Below, piece by piece: positions 50,193 to 59,988 of a stretch of 64,000 nucleotides of DNA (position 1 is the first letter of the stretch; each line of letters starts with the position of its first letter). A program made the position numbers and the translations under genes. Under the pieces are notes generated by a model that saw nothing but the letters and a program-made list of their open reading frames with translations, ran no database searches and had not been told where the DNA came from. This DNA is from Nitrospirae bacterium JdFR-81 (GTDB taxonomy: Bacteria; Nitrospirota; Thermodesulfovibrionia; UBA6902), in assembly GCA_002011735.1 (NCBI GenBank), contig MTOQ01000058.1:91-64090 (forward strand). Direction: 5' to 3'.

Positions 50193-50314
50193 TCTCAGAA
50201 AGGACGCAGGCCTGACAGTTGTAAGGGCAATGCACTCACGCATTATACATTAAATATGTTAAAATAATTGAGCCCTTGACTCAAAAAGGCCCAAATCCTC
50301 TCCAGAGCTCACAT

Positions 50315-51469
50315 ATGTATGACTATGACGTAATCATAGTAGGTGCTGGACCTGCAGGGACAACCGCTGGCTATATCCTTGGCAGTTATGGGCTGAAGGT
50401 CCTTGTTGTGGACAGGAGCAGGTTCCCGAGGAAGAAGCTCTGTGCCGGATGCCTGACCCATAAGACGATCCAGTTACTGCAGAGGGTCTATGGTGAATCA
50501 GTAGACTCCCTCAAAGAGAGAGGGGTGATCGATTATGAGTCAGACATTTATGAGATCCTGTACAGGGATAGGCCTCTAATAAAGAGGAGATATCCACTCC
50601 CGTTCTATTTTGTTGACAGGACGGTGTATGACAACTTCCTCCTTAACAAGGTGAAGGGTGCGGGTGTCGAGGTGATAGAGGGGGAGGCGGTTGTCTCTTA
50701 TGAGTTGTTAAAGAACGAGCTGAGGACATCGTCAAGGAGGAGGCTAAGGGCGAGATTTGTGGTTGGAGCCGATGGGGTTAACAGTATAATCAGGCGGACA
50801 TTTGCCACAGGGCCGTTTAACCAGCGTCTGTGGGACAAGAATATGGCAACGGCGCTTGAGGTCTTTGTTGATAGGGCGGTGATCGATAGGGATATAGGGC
50901 ATCCCATGATACTCTTTGGATTTATAGATTATGGCTATTCATGGGTCTTCCCCAATAAAGGACAGATACTCATTGGCTCATGCGGGTTGAACAGGGTCAA
51001 CAGAAAGAGGTTTATCGACTCCTTCAGGGAGCTCCTCTCATACATGAAACTTGACGGCCTGGATGACATAAGGATAGAATCCCATCCGCTTCCAAGTGGT
51101 GGCTTCCTCACCGAGCCTGTCTTTGGCAACACCCTGCTTATAGGCGATGCAGCGGGTTTCACAGACCCCATGCTTGGTGAGGGTATTTACTATGCCCAGA
51201 GGAGTGGAGAGCTTGCCGCACATGCCATATACAGGGCGATGAAGAATAATGAAGCCATTGGAGAGGTCTATAATAAACTGCTGCACGAGATCATCCTGCC
51301 TGATTTCATCTACGCACTTAAGCTGAGGGGGATAGTCTTTGGATACCTGAACAGGTTCCAGTTTGCTCCCATGAGGATACTCTTCAACCTATTCGGAGAC
51401 ATCCCTGTAGAGGTTGTCCATGGCCTCAGGACATATAAATGGTTTAAGAAGCGGGAGAAGGTTTCTTGA
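50315..51469 (+). CDS. FAD-dependent oxidoreductase, geranylgeranyl-reductase family
   Basis: A GxGxxG dinucleotide-binding fold (DVIIVGAGPAGTTAG) and a GDAAGF motif. The probable start is the ATG at 50315, inside a longer TTG-initiated ORF. Confidence 0.7.
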   Translation: MYDYDVIIVGAGPAGTTAGYILGSYGLKVLVVDRSRFPRKKLCAGCLTHKTIQLLQRVYGESVDSLKERGVIDYESDIYEILYRDRPLIKRRYPLPFYFVDRTVYDNFLLNKVKGAGVEVIEGEAVVSYELLKNELRTSSRRRLRARFVVGADGVNSIIRRTFATGPFNQRLWDKNMATALEVFVDRAVIDRDIGHPMILFGFIDYGYSWVFPNKGQILIGSCGLNRVNRKRFIDSFRELLSYMKLDGLDDIRIESHPLPSGGFLTEPVFGNTLLIGDAAGFTDPMLGEGIYYAQRSGELAAHAIYRAMKNNEAIGEVYNKLLHEIILPDFIYALKLRGIVFGYLNRFQFAPMRILFNLFGDIPVEVVHGLRTYKWFKKREKVS

Positions 51470-51525
51470 CAACACCCTCAAAATTTGATAGAAGATAATT
51501 AAAAAGTCCTGAGGAGTTGTGAGAG

Positions 51526-52020
51526 ATGGCAAAGAAGAAGACAAAAAAGGAAGAAGACAAGGGGCTTGAGCCCTCTGTGGTATCAAGGTGGCCTTCTCCA
51601 TTTGAGAGGATAGAGGAGCTATTTGAGGATTTCTTCAGGAGGTCATTCAGGCCATGGTTCCCATCGTTCCCGAGGCTCTTTGAAGAGATGAAACCCACAC
51701 CAACTGTTGATATATTCGAGGATGGGGATGACATCGTTGTCAAGTCTGAGCTGCCAGGTATGACAAAGGATGATATCGAGGTGAACATCACCGAGAATAC
51801 GATAACCATATCAGGTGAGAAGAAGTCCGAGGAGAAGATAGAGAAGAAGAACTACTACAGGCTTGAGCGTTCATATGGCTCATTCTGTCGTTCATTTGAC
51901 CTGCCTGTCAAGATACAGCCTGATAAGGCAAAGGCATCGTTCAAGGATGGGGTGCTTGAGGTGAGGCTCCCGAAGTCAGAAGAGGCGAAGAAGCGGGTCA
52001 GGAAGATCACCATAGAATGA
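51526..52020 (+). CDS. Hsp20/alpha-crystallin small heat-shock protein
   Basis: An alpha-crystallin domain (VDIFEDGDDIVVKSELPGM...GVLEVRLPK). Confidence 0.85.
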   Translation: MAKKKTKKEEDKGLEPSVVSRWPSPFERIEELFEDFFRRSFRPWFPSFPRLFEEMKPTPTVDIFEDGDDIVVKSELPGMTKDDIEVNITENTITISGEKKSEEKIEKKNYYRLERSYGSFCRSFDLPVKIQPDKAKASFKDGVLEVRLPKSEEAKKRVRKITIE

Positions 52021-52021
52021 T

Positions 52022-52885
52022 GTGACGGAGATCATAGATAACCTCAAGAGGTCTGTATATACACTCTCTGAGGTGATAGGCCCAAGGCCATATCACCAGG
52101 TAAGGGCCCTTGAGGAGGCAGTAGAGTATATAACCTCTGAATTCAGACGTTATGGTTATACCCCATCATGCCAGTCATATGAGGCAGGTGGAAGGATATA
52201 CAGGAATGTGTATGTCGAGATCAGGGGAAAGAGTGACAGACTACTCATTATCGGCGCCCATTATGATACAGTGGATGGCACACCAGGGGCAGATGACAAT
52301 GCCAGTGGTGTTGCAGGGATGCTCGAGCTTGCAAGGTTACTGAGGGACGGTTCATTCAACCACTCCATCCAGTTCATCGCCTTCCCCCTTGAGGAGCCAC
52401 CCTTCTTTTATACAAAGAAGATGGGCAGTTATCAGTATGCAAGGTCACTCTATGAGGAGGGCAGGGAGGTGACGGGGATGATATGCCTGGAGTCAATAGG
52501 ATACTTTACAGACTCGGAGGGGAGCCAGAACTTCCCCTTCCCTGTGTTCAGATGGTTCTATCCTGAAAGGGGCAATTTCATTGCCTTAATAGGCAACATC
52601 CGTTCAAGGGCCTTTCTAAACGGTGTTAAAGAGGCCTTTAGAGAAGGGACCGATATGCCTGTAGAGTCCCTCTCAACGGTCTCCCTCATCCCTGGTGTGG
52701 ACTTCTCTGACCACAGGTCTTTCTGGAAGTTTGGATATAACGCCATAATGGTCACAGACACGGCCTTCTACCGGAACCCCAATTACCATGGCCCTGGCGA
52801 TACACCAGACACCCTGGATTATCCAAGGATGGCGGAGGTGATCAAGGGGCTCAGGAGGGCCTTAGAGGAGATCGCCACGCACTAA
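52022..52885 (+). CDS. M28-family zinc peptidase
   Basis: The metal-ligand motifs HYDTV, DDNASGVAGMLELAR and EE..F. Confidence 0.75.
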   Translation: MTEIIDNLKRSVYTLSEVIGPRPYHQVRALEEAVEYITSEFRRYGYTPSCQSYEAGGRIYRNVYVEIRGKSDRLLIIGAHYDTVDGTPGADDNASGVAGMLELARLLRDGSFNHSIQFIAFPLEEPPFFYTKKMGSYQYARSLYEEGREVTGMICLESIGYFTDSEGSQNFPFPVFRWFYPERGNFIALIGNIRSRAFLNGVKEAFREGTDMPVESLSTVSLIPGVDFSDHRSFWKFGYNAIMVTDTAFYRNPNYHGPGDTPDTLDYPRMAEVIKGLRRALEEIATH

Positions 52886-53451
52886 ATCCACTTAATAACC
52901 GGTGGCTTCTTCTCGGGTGGCTCTGGAAACTGCTCTGGATAGCCAAAGACGATAGGGCCAAATATCTTCTCATCATCCTTCAACTCCAGGGCCTTCCTTA
53001 TCTCTTCGTCCTCTGTGACAAGGGAGCCAAAATAGACCCAGCAACTCCCTATCCCCAGGGATCGGGCAGCAAGCATCATGTTCTGGCACGCAAGGGGGCA
53101 CGATAGGTCTGCATATCTGCCCCTGCCTATGACGAATATGATCACAGGTGCAGAATAATAGATGGGGTCTTCCAGCTCCTCATACCGTTTCATGATCAAT
53201 TGATACCTTTCAGGGTTCGTCCTCTTTACGTCCTCAAGGAGCCTCTTTGCATTCGGGATGGCTGTGTCAAGCAGTCTCTTGTGGAAGGCATCATCCTCCA
53301 CCACCACAAACCTCCATGGCTGACTGTTCATACCTGATGGGGCCTGATTGCCTGCCTCTATTATCTTCATGATGATCTCCCTTGGGATCCCCTTCTTCTG
53401 GTATGACCTTACAGATCTCCTCTCGGATATCGTCTTCAACACCTCATTCAT
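52882..53451 (-). CDS. Nitroreductase-family flavoprotein
   Basis: RRSVRSY and [10 protein letters not shown] motifs, ~190 aa. Confidence 0.75.
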   Translation of the reverse strand: MNEVLKTISERRSVRSYQKKGIPREIIMKIIEAGNQAPSGMNSQPWRFVVVEDDAFHKRLLDTAIPNAKRLLEDVKRTNPERYQLIMKRYEELEDPIYYSAPVIIFVIGRGRYADLSCPLACQNMMLAARSLGIGSCWVYFGSLVTEDEEIRKALELKDDEKIFGPIVFGYPEQFPEPPEKKPPVIKWI

Positions 53452-56400
53452 TCCCCGAACCTCCTGACTCCTGCTTTTTGATATATCTTATAAATGCCTC
53501 GACCACCTGTGGGTCGAACTGTGTGCCCGCACACCGTTTGAGCTCGGATATCGCATACTCTTTACCAAGGGCACTCCTGTAAGGCCTGTCCGATGTCATT
53601 GCGTCATATGCATCTGCAACACACAGTATCCTTGCAAGCAGGGGTATCTCCTCACCCCTGAGCCCTTCTGGATAGCCTGTGCCATCCACCCTCTCATGGT
53701 GATACTTGAGCATAGGGATGATATTCTTGAGCTGTCTGATGGGCTTCAGGATCATGGCACCCCTTAAGGGATGTTCCCTTATATGCTGTGTCTCGTCACT
53801 TGAGAGGCTCGCTGCCTTGTCGAGTATAACATCATAGGTGCCTATCTTCCCTATGTCATGAAGGAGCCCACCCAGCTTCACCATCTCCTCCATCTCCTTC
53901 CCAAGACCCATCTCCCTGACAATGGCAAGGGCGTATCTTGTCACCCTCTCCGAGTGACCCCTTGTCCATGGCGACTTGGCATCCAGCATCGATGCAAAGG
54001 AGGTGATGATGTTTATCACAAGCTGCTGGAGGTCTTCGTATAGACTCGCATTCTCAAGGGCAACCGCAATCTGCGACACTATATCCTCGGCCGTCCTCAG
54101 GTTTGCAGGTAAGAATCCAGCAGGATGGAGGGAGCATATGTCGATTATCCCTATTGTGCGGGCCTTCCTGACAAGTGGGAGGACTATGGCTGACTGGATA
54201 CCTATGTCTATCAATGCCTCCTGATAGGGGGATTTCTCGGCCTCGGAGGAGAGGTCTGAGATAAAGAGGGGTGATTGGTTGTGCTCAAGGATATCCACCT
54301 GAGTGTCTGTGAGCTGGAACTCCTTTGATTTGAGGCTGCCAACACCCCATTCGGCTATCACCTTGTATTTCTTCTTCTCTTTAAAGAGCACGGAGACCCT
54401 GTCACAGGGTATAACCCTGCTTATTATCGCAATGGACGTGTTGAGAACGGTCTCCCTGTCAACAGCGGAGAGTATCTCCTTGTCTATCTCTGCCATCGCC
54501 TTTATGGTCTCAACCTTATGTGAGAGCTCTATAAACCTCTCTGTGGACTCCTTGTAGAGACGGCTGTTGTGGATCGCCACGCCCAGCCCATCTGACAGTC
54601 CCTTAAGCAGGGCCCTCTCCCTCTCACCCAGCGGGCCTTGCTCTTTAAGGCCTCCCACTATGAAGCCCTTTACCCTGCCAGCGATGAATATCGGCATGAG
54701 CATGGCACTCTTTATCCCGAATGTCTCTATAAATTCCCTGGAGACAAGTTCAGAACCCTCAAGATCCTCGATAAGCAGCCCCTCTCCATTTAATAGCCTC
54801 TTGATGGCAGGAAAGTCGCCCTCTTTGAATAGCTTCGTCTTTGTGAGCCTCTCCTCTGTATAGCCGAGTCCATATGTGCCAGAGACGACAAAGGCATGGT
54901 GTTCTGTATCATAAAGGAGGATGCCGAGTATATCCAGCCTTAGATAGCCAGGGACTATCTCTATCACCTTTCTTATAAGCTGCCTCTCATCAAGTATGGT
55001 GTTCAGTGTCTCTACTATCTTGAGGAGCGAATGGGATATCTCGCTCTCCTCCCTGATCTTCTCCTCTGCCTTCTTAAGCTCTGAGATATCCTTTGCCACA
55101 TGGACAAAACCTGTCACATTGCCGTCTTTGTCCTTGATGGGCGAGACGGTAACAAGCAGGGGGAAGTCAAAGTTTGGATAGTGCCTCTCTGCGGTGATCG
55201 TCTCTCCAAGGTCCCTTGCCTTGAGGATGAGGCATTCAGCGTCCGATCCCCTGTCCCTCTGATAGACCTCATAACAGTGCTTTCCGATCAGCTCCTCTGG
55301 CCTTAAACGGAGGTGATTGGCAAGGGCCTTATTGGCCCTCATAAACCTCAGGTTCTTGTCAAAGACAGAGATAAAGTCAGGTATGGCATCAAAGGTCTCT
55401 CTCCACTCCTGTGCAGCCCTCCTGAGGATGGCCTCTGCCCTCTTCTGCTCTGTGACATCCCTGAATATGCCCTGTGTGGCTATCACCTTCCCGTCCTTCA
55501 TCCTGCACGAGATATTGCCCAGGACATCGATACGCCTCCCATCCTTTGTGATGAATGTAGCCTCTACATTGTTCTGTGGCTCTCCTGATAATACCCTTTT
55601 GAAGACCTCCCTGCAGTGCTCAACGCTGTCAGGGTGGAGTATGTCAAAGATGGTGAGCCCCTTCAGGTCTTCCTCCTCATATCCGAGGGTCTCAAGCCAT
55701 GACTTATTGGCAAATATGATCCTCCCCTCGATATCAACACTGTGGATCATGTCATGGGCGTTGTCAAACAGATCCTTGTACCTCTGTTCAGACTCCCTCA
55801 GGGCACTCTCCATCCTCCTCTTCTCGGTCACATCATGGAATACCATAACCACACCGATGGTCTCACCGTGTCTGTCCTTGATCGGGGCACCGCTATCCTC
55901 AATCGGTATGTGCCTGCCATCCCTTGAGATCAACACGGTATGGTTTGCGAGGCCAATGACCACACCCTCCTTCAGTATCCTGCCCACAGGGTTTACTGCC
56001 TTCTCACCTGTCAGCTCATTTATGATATTAAAGACCTCTTCAAGGGCCTTGCCCATCGCCTCGGACTCCTTCCATCCAGTAAGGGCCTCTGCCTGAGGGT
56101 TCATGAATATCACCCTTGCATCCCTGTCAGTGGCTATAACCGCATCACCGATGCTCCTGAGGGTCACCCTCAACCACTCCCTTGACTCCCTGAGCCTCTC
56201 CTCCATCTCGTGCTTATAAAGGGTGGTCTCTATGGTGCTGCGGAGTTCCCGCTCGTCAAAGGGCTTTATTATATAGCCAAAGGGCTCTGTGAGCTTTGCC
56301 CTCTCAAGGGTCTTCTCATCAGAGTATGCGGTAAGATATACCACAGGGATATTGAGTGATGAGCGGATGTCACCTGCCGCGTTGATGCCATTCACCTTGC

Positions 56401-56578
56401 CACCAAGCACGATATCCATGAGCACAAGGTCAGGCCTCAGCTCCCTCGCCACCCTGACCGCCTCCTCTCCTGTTGAGACAACGGCAGGGACCTCGTAACC
56501 CATCTCCTCGAGGCTCACCCTTATGTCCTCGGCCACAATGGCCTCATCCTCAACAACAAGGATCCTCCTCTTAGCCAT
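53444..56578 (-). CDS. Response-regulator receiver, multiple PAS, GAF, HD-GYP phosphodiesterase
   Basis: An N-terminal REC domain (VVEDE...DLVLMD), at least three PAS repeats, two GAF domains and a C-terminal HD-GYP (HDIGKIGT...[14 protein letters not shown]). Confidence 0.8.
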   Translation of the reverse strand: MAKRRILVVEDEAIVAEDIRVSLEEMGYEVPAVVSTGEEAVRVARELRPDLVLMDIVLGGKVNGINAAGDIRSSLNIPVVYLTAYSDEKTLERAKLTEPFGYIIKPFDERELRSTIETTLYKHEMEERLRESREWLRVTLRSIGDAVIATDRDARVIFMNPQAEALTGWKESEAMGKALEEVFNIINELTGEKAVNPVGRILKEGVVIGLANHTVLISRDGRHIPIEDSGAPIKDRHGETIGVVMVFHDVTEKRRMESALRESEQRYKDLFDNAHDMIHSVDIEGRIIFANKSWLETLGYEEEDLKGLTIFDILHPDSVEHCREVFKRVLSGEPQNNVEATFITKDGRRIDVLGNISCRMKDGKVIATQGIFRDVTEQKRAEAILRRAAQEWRETFDAIPDFISVFDKNLRFMRANKALANHLRLRPEELIGKHCYEVYQRDRGSDAECLILKARDLGETITAERHYPNFDFPLLVTVSPIKDKDGNVTGFVHVAKDISELKKAEEKIREESEISHSLLKIVETLNTILDERQLIRKVIEIVPGYLRLDILGILLYDTEHHAFVVSGTYGLGYTEERLTKTKLFKEGDFPAIKRLLNGEGLLIEDLEGSELVSREFIETFGIKSAMLMPIFIAGRVKGFIVGGLKEQGPLGERERALLKGLSDGLGVAIHNSRLYKESTERFIELSHKVETIKAMAEIDKEILSAVDRETVLNTSIAIISRVIPCDRVSVLFKEKKKYKVIAEWGVGSLKSKEFQLTDTQVDILEHNQSPLFISDLSSEAEKSPYQEALIDIGIQSAIVLPLVRKARTIGIIDICSLHPAGFLPANLRTAEDIVSQIAVALENASLYEDLQQLVINIITSFASMLDAKSPWTRGHSERVTRYALAIVREMGLGKEMEEMVKLGGLLHDIGKIGTYDVILDKAASLSSDETQHIREHPLRGAMILKPIRQLKNIIPMLKYHHERVDGTGYPEGLRGEEIPLLARILCVADAYDAMTSDRPYRSALGKEYAISELKRCAGTQFDPQVVEAFIRYIKKQESGGSGNE

Positions 56579-56678
56579 CTGCCCCTCTATTCTTTATCCC
56601 CTGAATATTCTACACACCCTTCATTAAAGATCTATGAATGTCCCTCAATCCGCCATTTAGGCCAGAAATCAGCATCTA

Positions 56679-58829
56679 TTATATCCTTTTTTCGTATCTA
56701 ATTTCCTGAAACCTGATCCTGAATGCTGTCCCACCAGCCCTGTCAAGCTCTATCGTGCCCCTGAGCTGACCCTCTGTCAGTGTGGTAACCAGCCTCAGGC
56801 CAAGGGAGTCCGTCCCTTTTATATCCAGCCCCTCTGGTATACCAACCCCGTTGTCACTGACCGTGAGTTCAAGACCCTCAACCTGCCCCTCCGGGAGCAT
56901 GACCCTCTTAAGCCCAACCCTCACCTCTCCACACCTGCCATCAGGGAATGCGTGTTTGAGGGCATTTGAGACAAGCTCATTGATGATCAGACCGCATGGG
57001 ACGGCTGTATCAACCCCGAGGCGTATATCTGCTATATCCATCTCCACCTTTATCCTCTCTGTGTTTATCCCGTAGGCCCTGTATAGCCCCCTCACAAGGT
57101 CACGGGTATATTCATTAAAGTCGATATGTGCAAGGTCCCTTGACCTGTAGAGCTTCTCATGCACAAGTGCCATCGACTTTATCCGGTTCTGACTCTCATT
57201 GAGCAGCTCCATATGGTGAGGGTCCTTTAATTTGCCTGACTGGAGCCTGAGCAGGCTTGAGATCACCTGCATGTTGTTCTTGACCCTGTGGTGTATCTCC
57301 CTTAAGAGGACCTCCTTCTCATGGAGGGATGCCCTTATCTGTTCCTCGGCCCTCCGGCGCTCTGTGATATCACGGATGACGGCTATAAATATATCACCCT
57401 CGGATGTCCTGGCATGGGAGACCGCCAGCTCGACAGGGAACGTCTCACCATCCCGATTCAGTGCATATATCTCCAGCCGTTGATTGAGGAGCCTGCCCCT
57501 GCCTGTCAGCAGGAAGTTCCTGAGCCCCCTTGTGAGTGCTTCACGAAACTCCTCGGGCACTATAAGGTCTACCACATGCCTGCCCAGCGCCTCCTCCCTC
57601 TTCCAGCCGAACATCCTCTCTGCCTGCTGGTTCCAGGTGTTGATGACCCCCTCTGAGTCGATCGTCACGATGGCATCAAATGCACTCTCAACTATCATAC
57701 GGGTCTTCTCCTCTGCCTCCCTCCTTATGGCCCTCTTGATCTCCTCACGTGCAGCAACCACCTGCTCTGTAAGGTGTCTGAACCTCTCCTCAAGGATGTA
57801 CAGTTTGTCTCCCTTTTTAACACCCTCCCTTGGCGTGCCAAGTGTCTTTTCAGAAAACTCGGATATACGATGTGTGAGCAGCCTTATGCGGTGGGTGATA
57901 AACAGCATCAGGGAGGTAAAGGAGAGGATAAAGACAACGGCGATGACCGCTATGCTCTGTCTCTCCCTTGAGACAACCTCCTCTGTGAGCCTCTCCACCT
58001 CTTCCATTGATAGCATGGATGCAAGGCTTATGGTGAGGTCTGATGCACCATAGTCAAAGAAGGCCTTGCCTATCAGCAGATACCTCTTTTTGATCGCCTT
58101 AAGGGGGGTGCCTGCAGGCACATCCCTGAGATTACTGCTTGTGAGTATGGCGGGTGGGTTCTCAGATGTCAGAAGTGCGGTTACATGCCCCTTTCTTATA
58201 ATATGGCCAAGGGATGCTATGAGAAATTCATCATCTATCGGTGTCGCAAACATCAGGATTGCCGTTATCTCATCTCCCCTGTAAAAGGGAGAGGATGTCA
58301 GGAGATAGGGGATGCCGTCAACGTCTGTCATATAACTCTGCCACCTGCTCCTGAGGAGCATGAGGCTGGAGGGTCTGAGCAGACCATCGGGTATCTTCTC
58401 ATTGCGTGATATGTAGACCTCCCTCACCCTTCCCCACCGATCAAGCAGCAGGCTGAAACGAGGGTTTACGAATGTCCTGAGCATCGAACGGGGAGGGAAC
58501 CACGGTGGTAGAGACCGGTGGTATCTGATCTCTATTGTGTCATCCTCAGACCAGTTCACTGATCTGACATAATCGTCAAAGTTCTTCAGCCTCACAAATG
58601 CCCTCACCGACTGGCTATGGAGCTTTATATAACGGTCAAGACGGAGTCTGTCCTCCACAGCCTTCCTCGATAGCTCTGCCTTCAACTTCTCCAGGAATAT
58701 CTCCCTCACCCTTCCTGTGTGGTGGATATCAAGGATGATCCATACAGAGAGGCCGATAATCACACACACAGAGACCATCTTGAAGGTGAGCGATAGACGA
58801 CGGAGTAGGCTCTGGATTGTGGACTTCAT
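56679..58829 (-). CDS. Sensor histidine kinase (TM, HAMP, PAS, HisKA_2, HATPase_c)
   Basis: The HisKA_2 H-box HHRVKNNMQVISSLLRLQ and HATPase N/G boxes (NELVSNALKHAF, DNGVGIP). Confidence 0.75.
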   Translation of the reverse strand: MKSTIQSLLRRLSLTFKMVSVCVIIGLSVWIILDIHHTGRVREIFLEKLKAELSRKAVEDRLRLDRYIKLHSQSVRAFVRLKNFDDYVRSVNWSEDDTIEIRYHRSLPPWFPPRSMLRTFVNPRFSLLLDRWGRVREVYISRNEKIPDGLLRPSSLMLLRSRWQSYMTDVDGIPYLLTSSPFYRGDEITAILMFATPIDDEFLIASLGHIIRKGHVTALLTSENPPAILTSSNLRDVPAGTPLKAIKKRYLLIGKAFFDYGASDLTISLASMLSMEEVERLTEEVVSRERQSIAVIAVVFILSFTSLMLFITHRIRLLTHRISEFSEKTLGTPREGVKKGDKLYILEERFRHLTEQVVAAREEIKRAIRREAEEKTRMIVESAFDAIVTIDSEGVINTWNQQAERMFGWKREEALGRHVVDLIVPEEFREALTRGLRNFLLTGRGRLLNQRLEIYALNRDGETFPVELAVSHARTSEGDIFIAVIRDITERRRAEEQIRASLHEKEVLLREIHHRVKNNMQVISSLLRLQSGKLKDPHHMELLNESQNRIKSMALVHEKLYRSRDLAHIDFNEYTRDLVRGLYRAYGINTERIKVEMDIADIRLGVDTAVPCGLIINELVSNALKHAFPDGRCGEVRVGLKRVMLPEGQVEGLELTVSDNGVGIPEGLDIKGTDSLGLRLVTTLTEGQLRGTIELDRAGGTAFRIRFQEIRYEKRI

Positions 58830-59860
58830 TTATCCGGCTCTCCCACCAGTTCGTCGCCTCTGAACCTCCAGCCTGCCTCTTTAAGGCGTGAGGCAGGGAC
58901 GATGTTGTGCCCCTTTGATACCTTCTCGGCCTGCCCAAGCAGATATTGAACAAGCCTCTCTGCCCGTGGATCCTCAACACCCCTGCCCTGCCATGTTGTG
59001 AGGTTATAAACACGGTATAAAGGGTATCTGCCAGAGACAAGGGCATCGTGATCAAGGGGGCTGTATCCGTCTATCCTGAGCACCTTGACCCTTCCCATCT
59101 CCCTGTAGCGGATGGTATTCCATATGACCTCATAACCTATTGCACCTGGATTGGATGCCACCTGTGAGATCATGTCCGGTATGGCACCAACCTCAAGCAG
59201 ATCCGCACTGAAGAGGTCTTCGTTATCAAGCAGGAGCCTCCAGTGCCCTGGCCTCAACTTACAGTGGAGCCTCCCGACAGGCTGGATGGGGATATCAGGG
59301 CCTCTCTCGCCTGTGCTGGTCTTGAGCTCAGACCAGCGGTGTATCTCCCCCATAAATATCCTGCGCGCCTGGGTGAGTGTCACATTGTCTATGGGGTTTT
59401 CAGGATGCACAATGAGGGCTATGGCATCTATCCCGAATGTGTGAAACCTGAGCCCTGGCAGCCTGTCATTAAGGCCAGGGGCACAGCAGAACCCTCCCAC
59501 ATCCACCTCCTTGCGTACAAGCATCCCTGCTGATATACCGCATGTGCCCTCATTGATGAATATCCTCAACTTATTCATCCTTGCGTATCTATCGATAAGG
59601 GGTCTTAATGGCGTAAACAGGTGTTGGTCAAGGGTGACGACGAGGTCAAAATCACCAAGTGAGGGGCTATGCCTGATCGGCCGTCTCACCCACTCATCAG
59701 GCATCTCTACAACCCTTGAAGGGTCTGTAAAGGCAGGCCCCCTTAGGCCAGGTGATGGGTCGTCACGACTGAATGAGGTCAATAAAGGCAGGCTGGAGAG
59801 GATTAGGAGTGATATCAGGGCCCTGACCTTACCAAATCTGCTAAAATGGATGAAGGCCAT
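58826..59860 (-). CDS. Periplasmic PBP-like (phosphate/anion-binding-fold) protein, likely sensor partner
   Basis: A signal peptide and ~340 aa. It overlaps the downstream kinase gene by 4 nt. The fold call is tentative. Confidence 0.45.
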   Translation of the reverse strand: MAFIHFSRFGKVRALISLLILSSLPLLTSFSRDDPSPGLRGPAFTDPSRVVEMPDEWVRRPIRHSPSLGDFDLVVTLDQHLFTPLRPLIDRYARMNKLRIFINEGTCGISAGMLVRKEVDVGGFCCAPGLNDRLPGLRFHTFGIDAIALIVHPENPIDNVTLTQARRIFMGEIHRWSELKTSTGERGPDIPIQPVGRLHCKLRPGHWRLLLDNEDLFSADLLEVGAIPDMISQVASNPGAIGYEVIWNTIRYREMGRVKVLRIDGYSPLDHDALVSGRYPLYRVYNLTTWQGRGVEDPRAERLVQYLLGQAEKVSKGHNIVPASRLKEAGWRFRGDELVGEPDK

Positions 59861-59988
59861 AGCGTTTTAATTTAATTAGTCTAAAGGAGGAAGCGGTTTT
59901 TTTCAAACATATTCATTATTGCACAATAACACAATTTCTTCTTCACACAGCAGATACAGCTCTGATGAGCGGTAGATGAGCCTCCATA

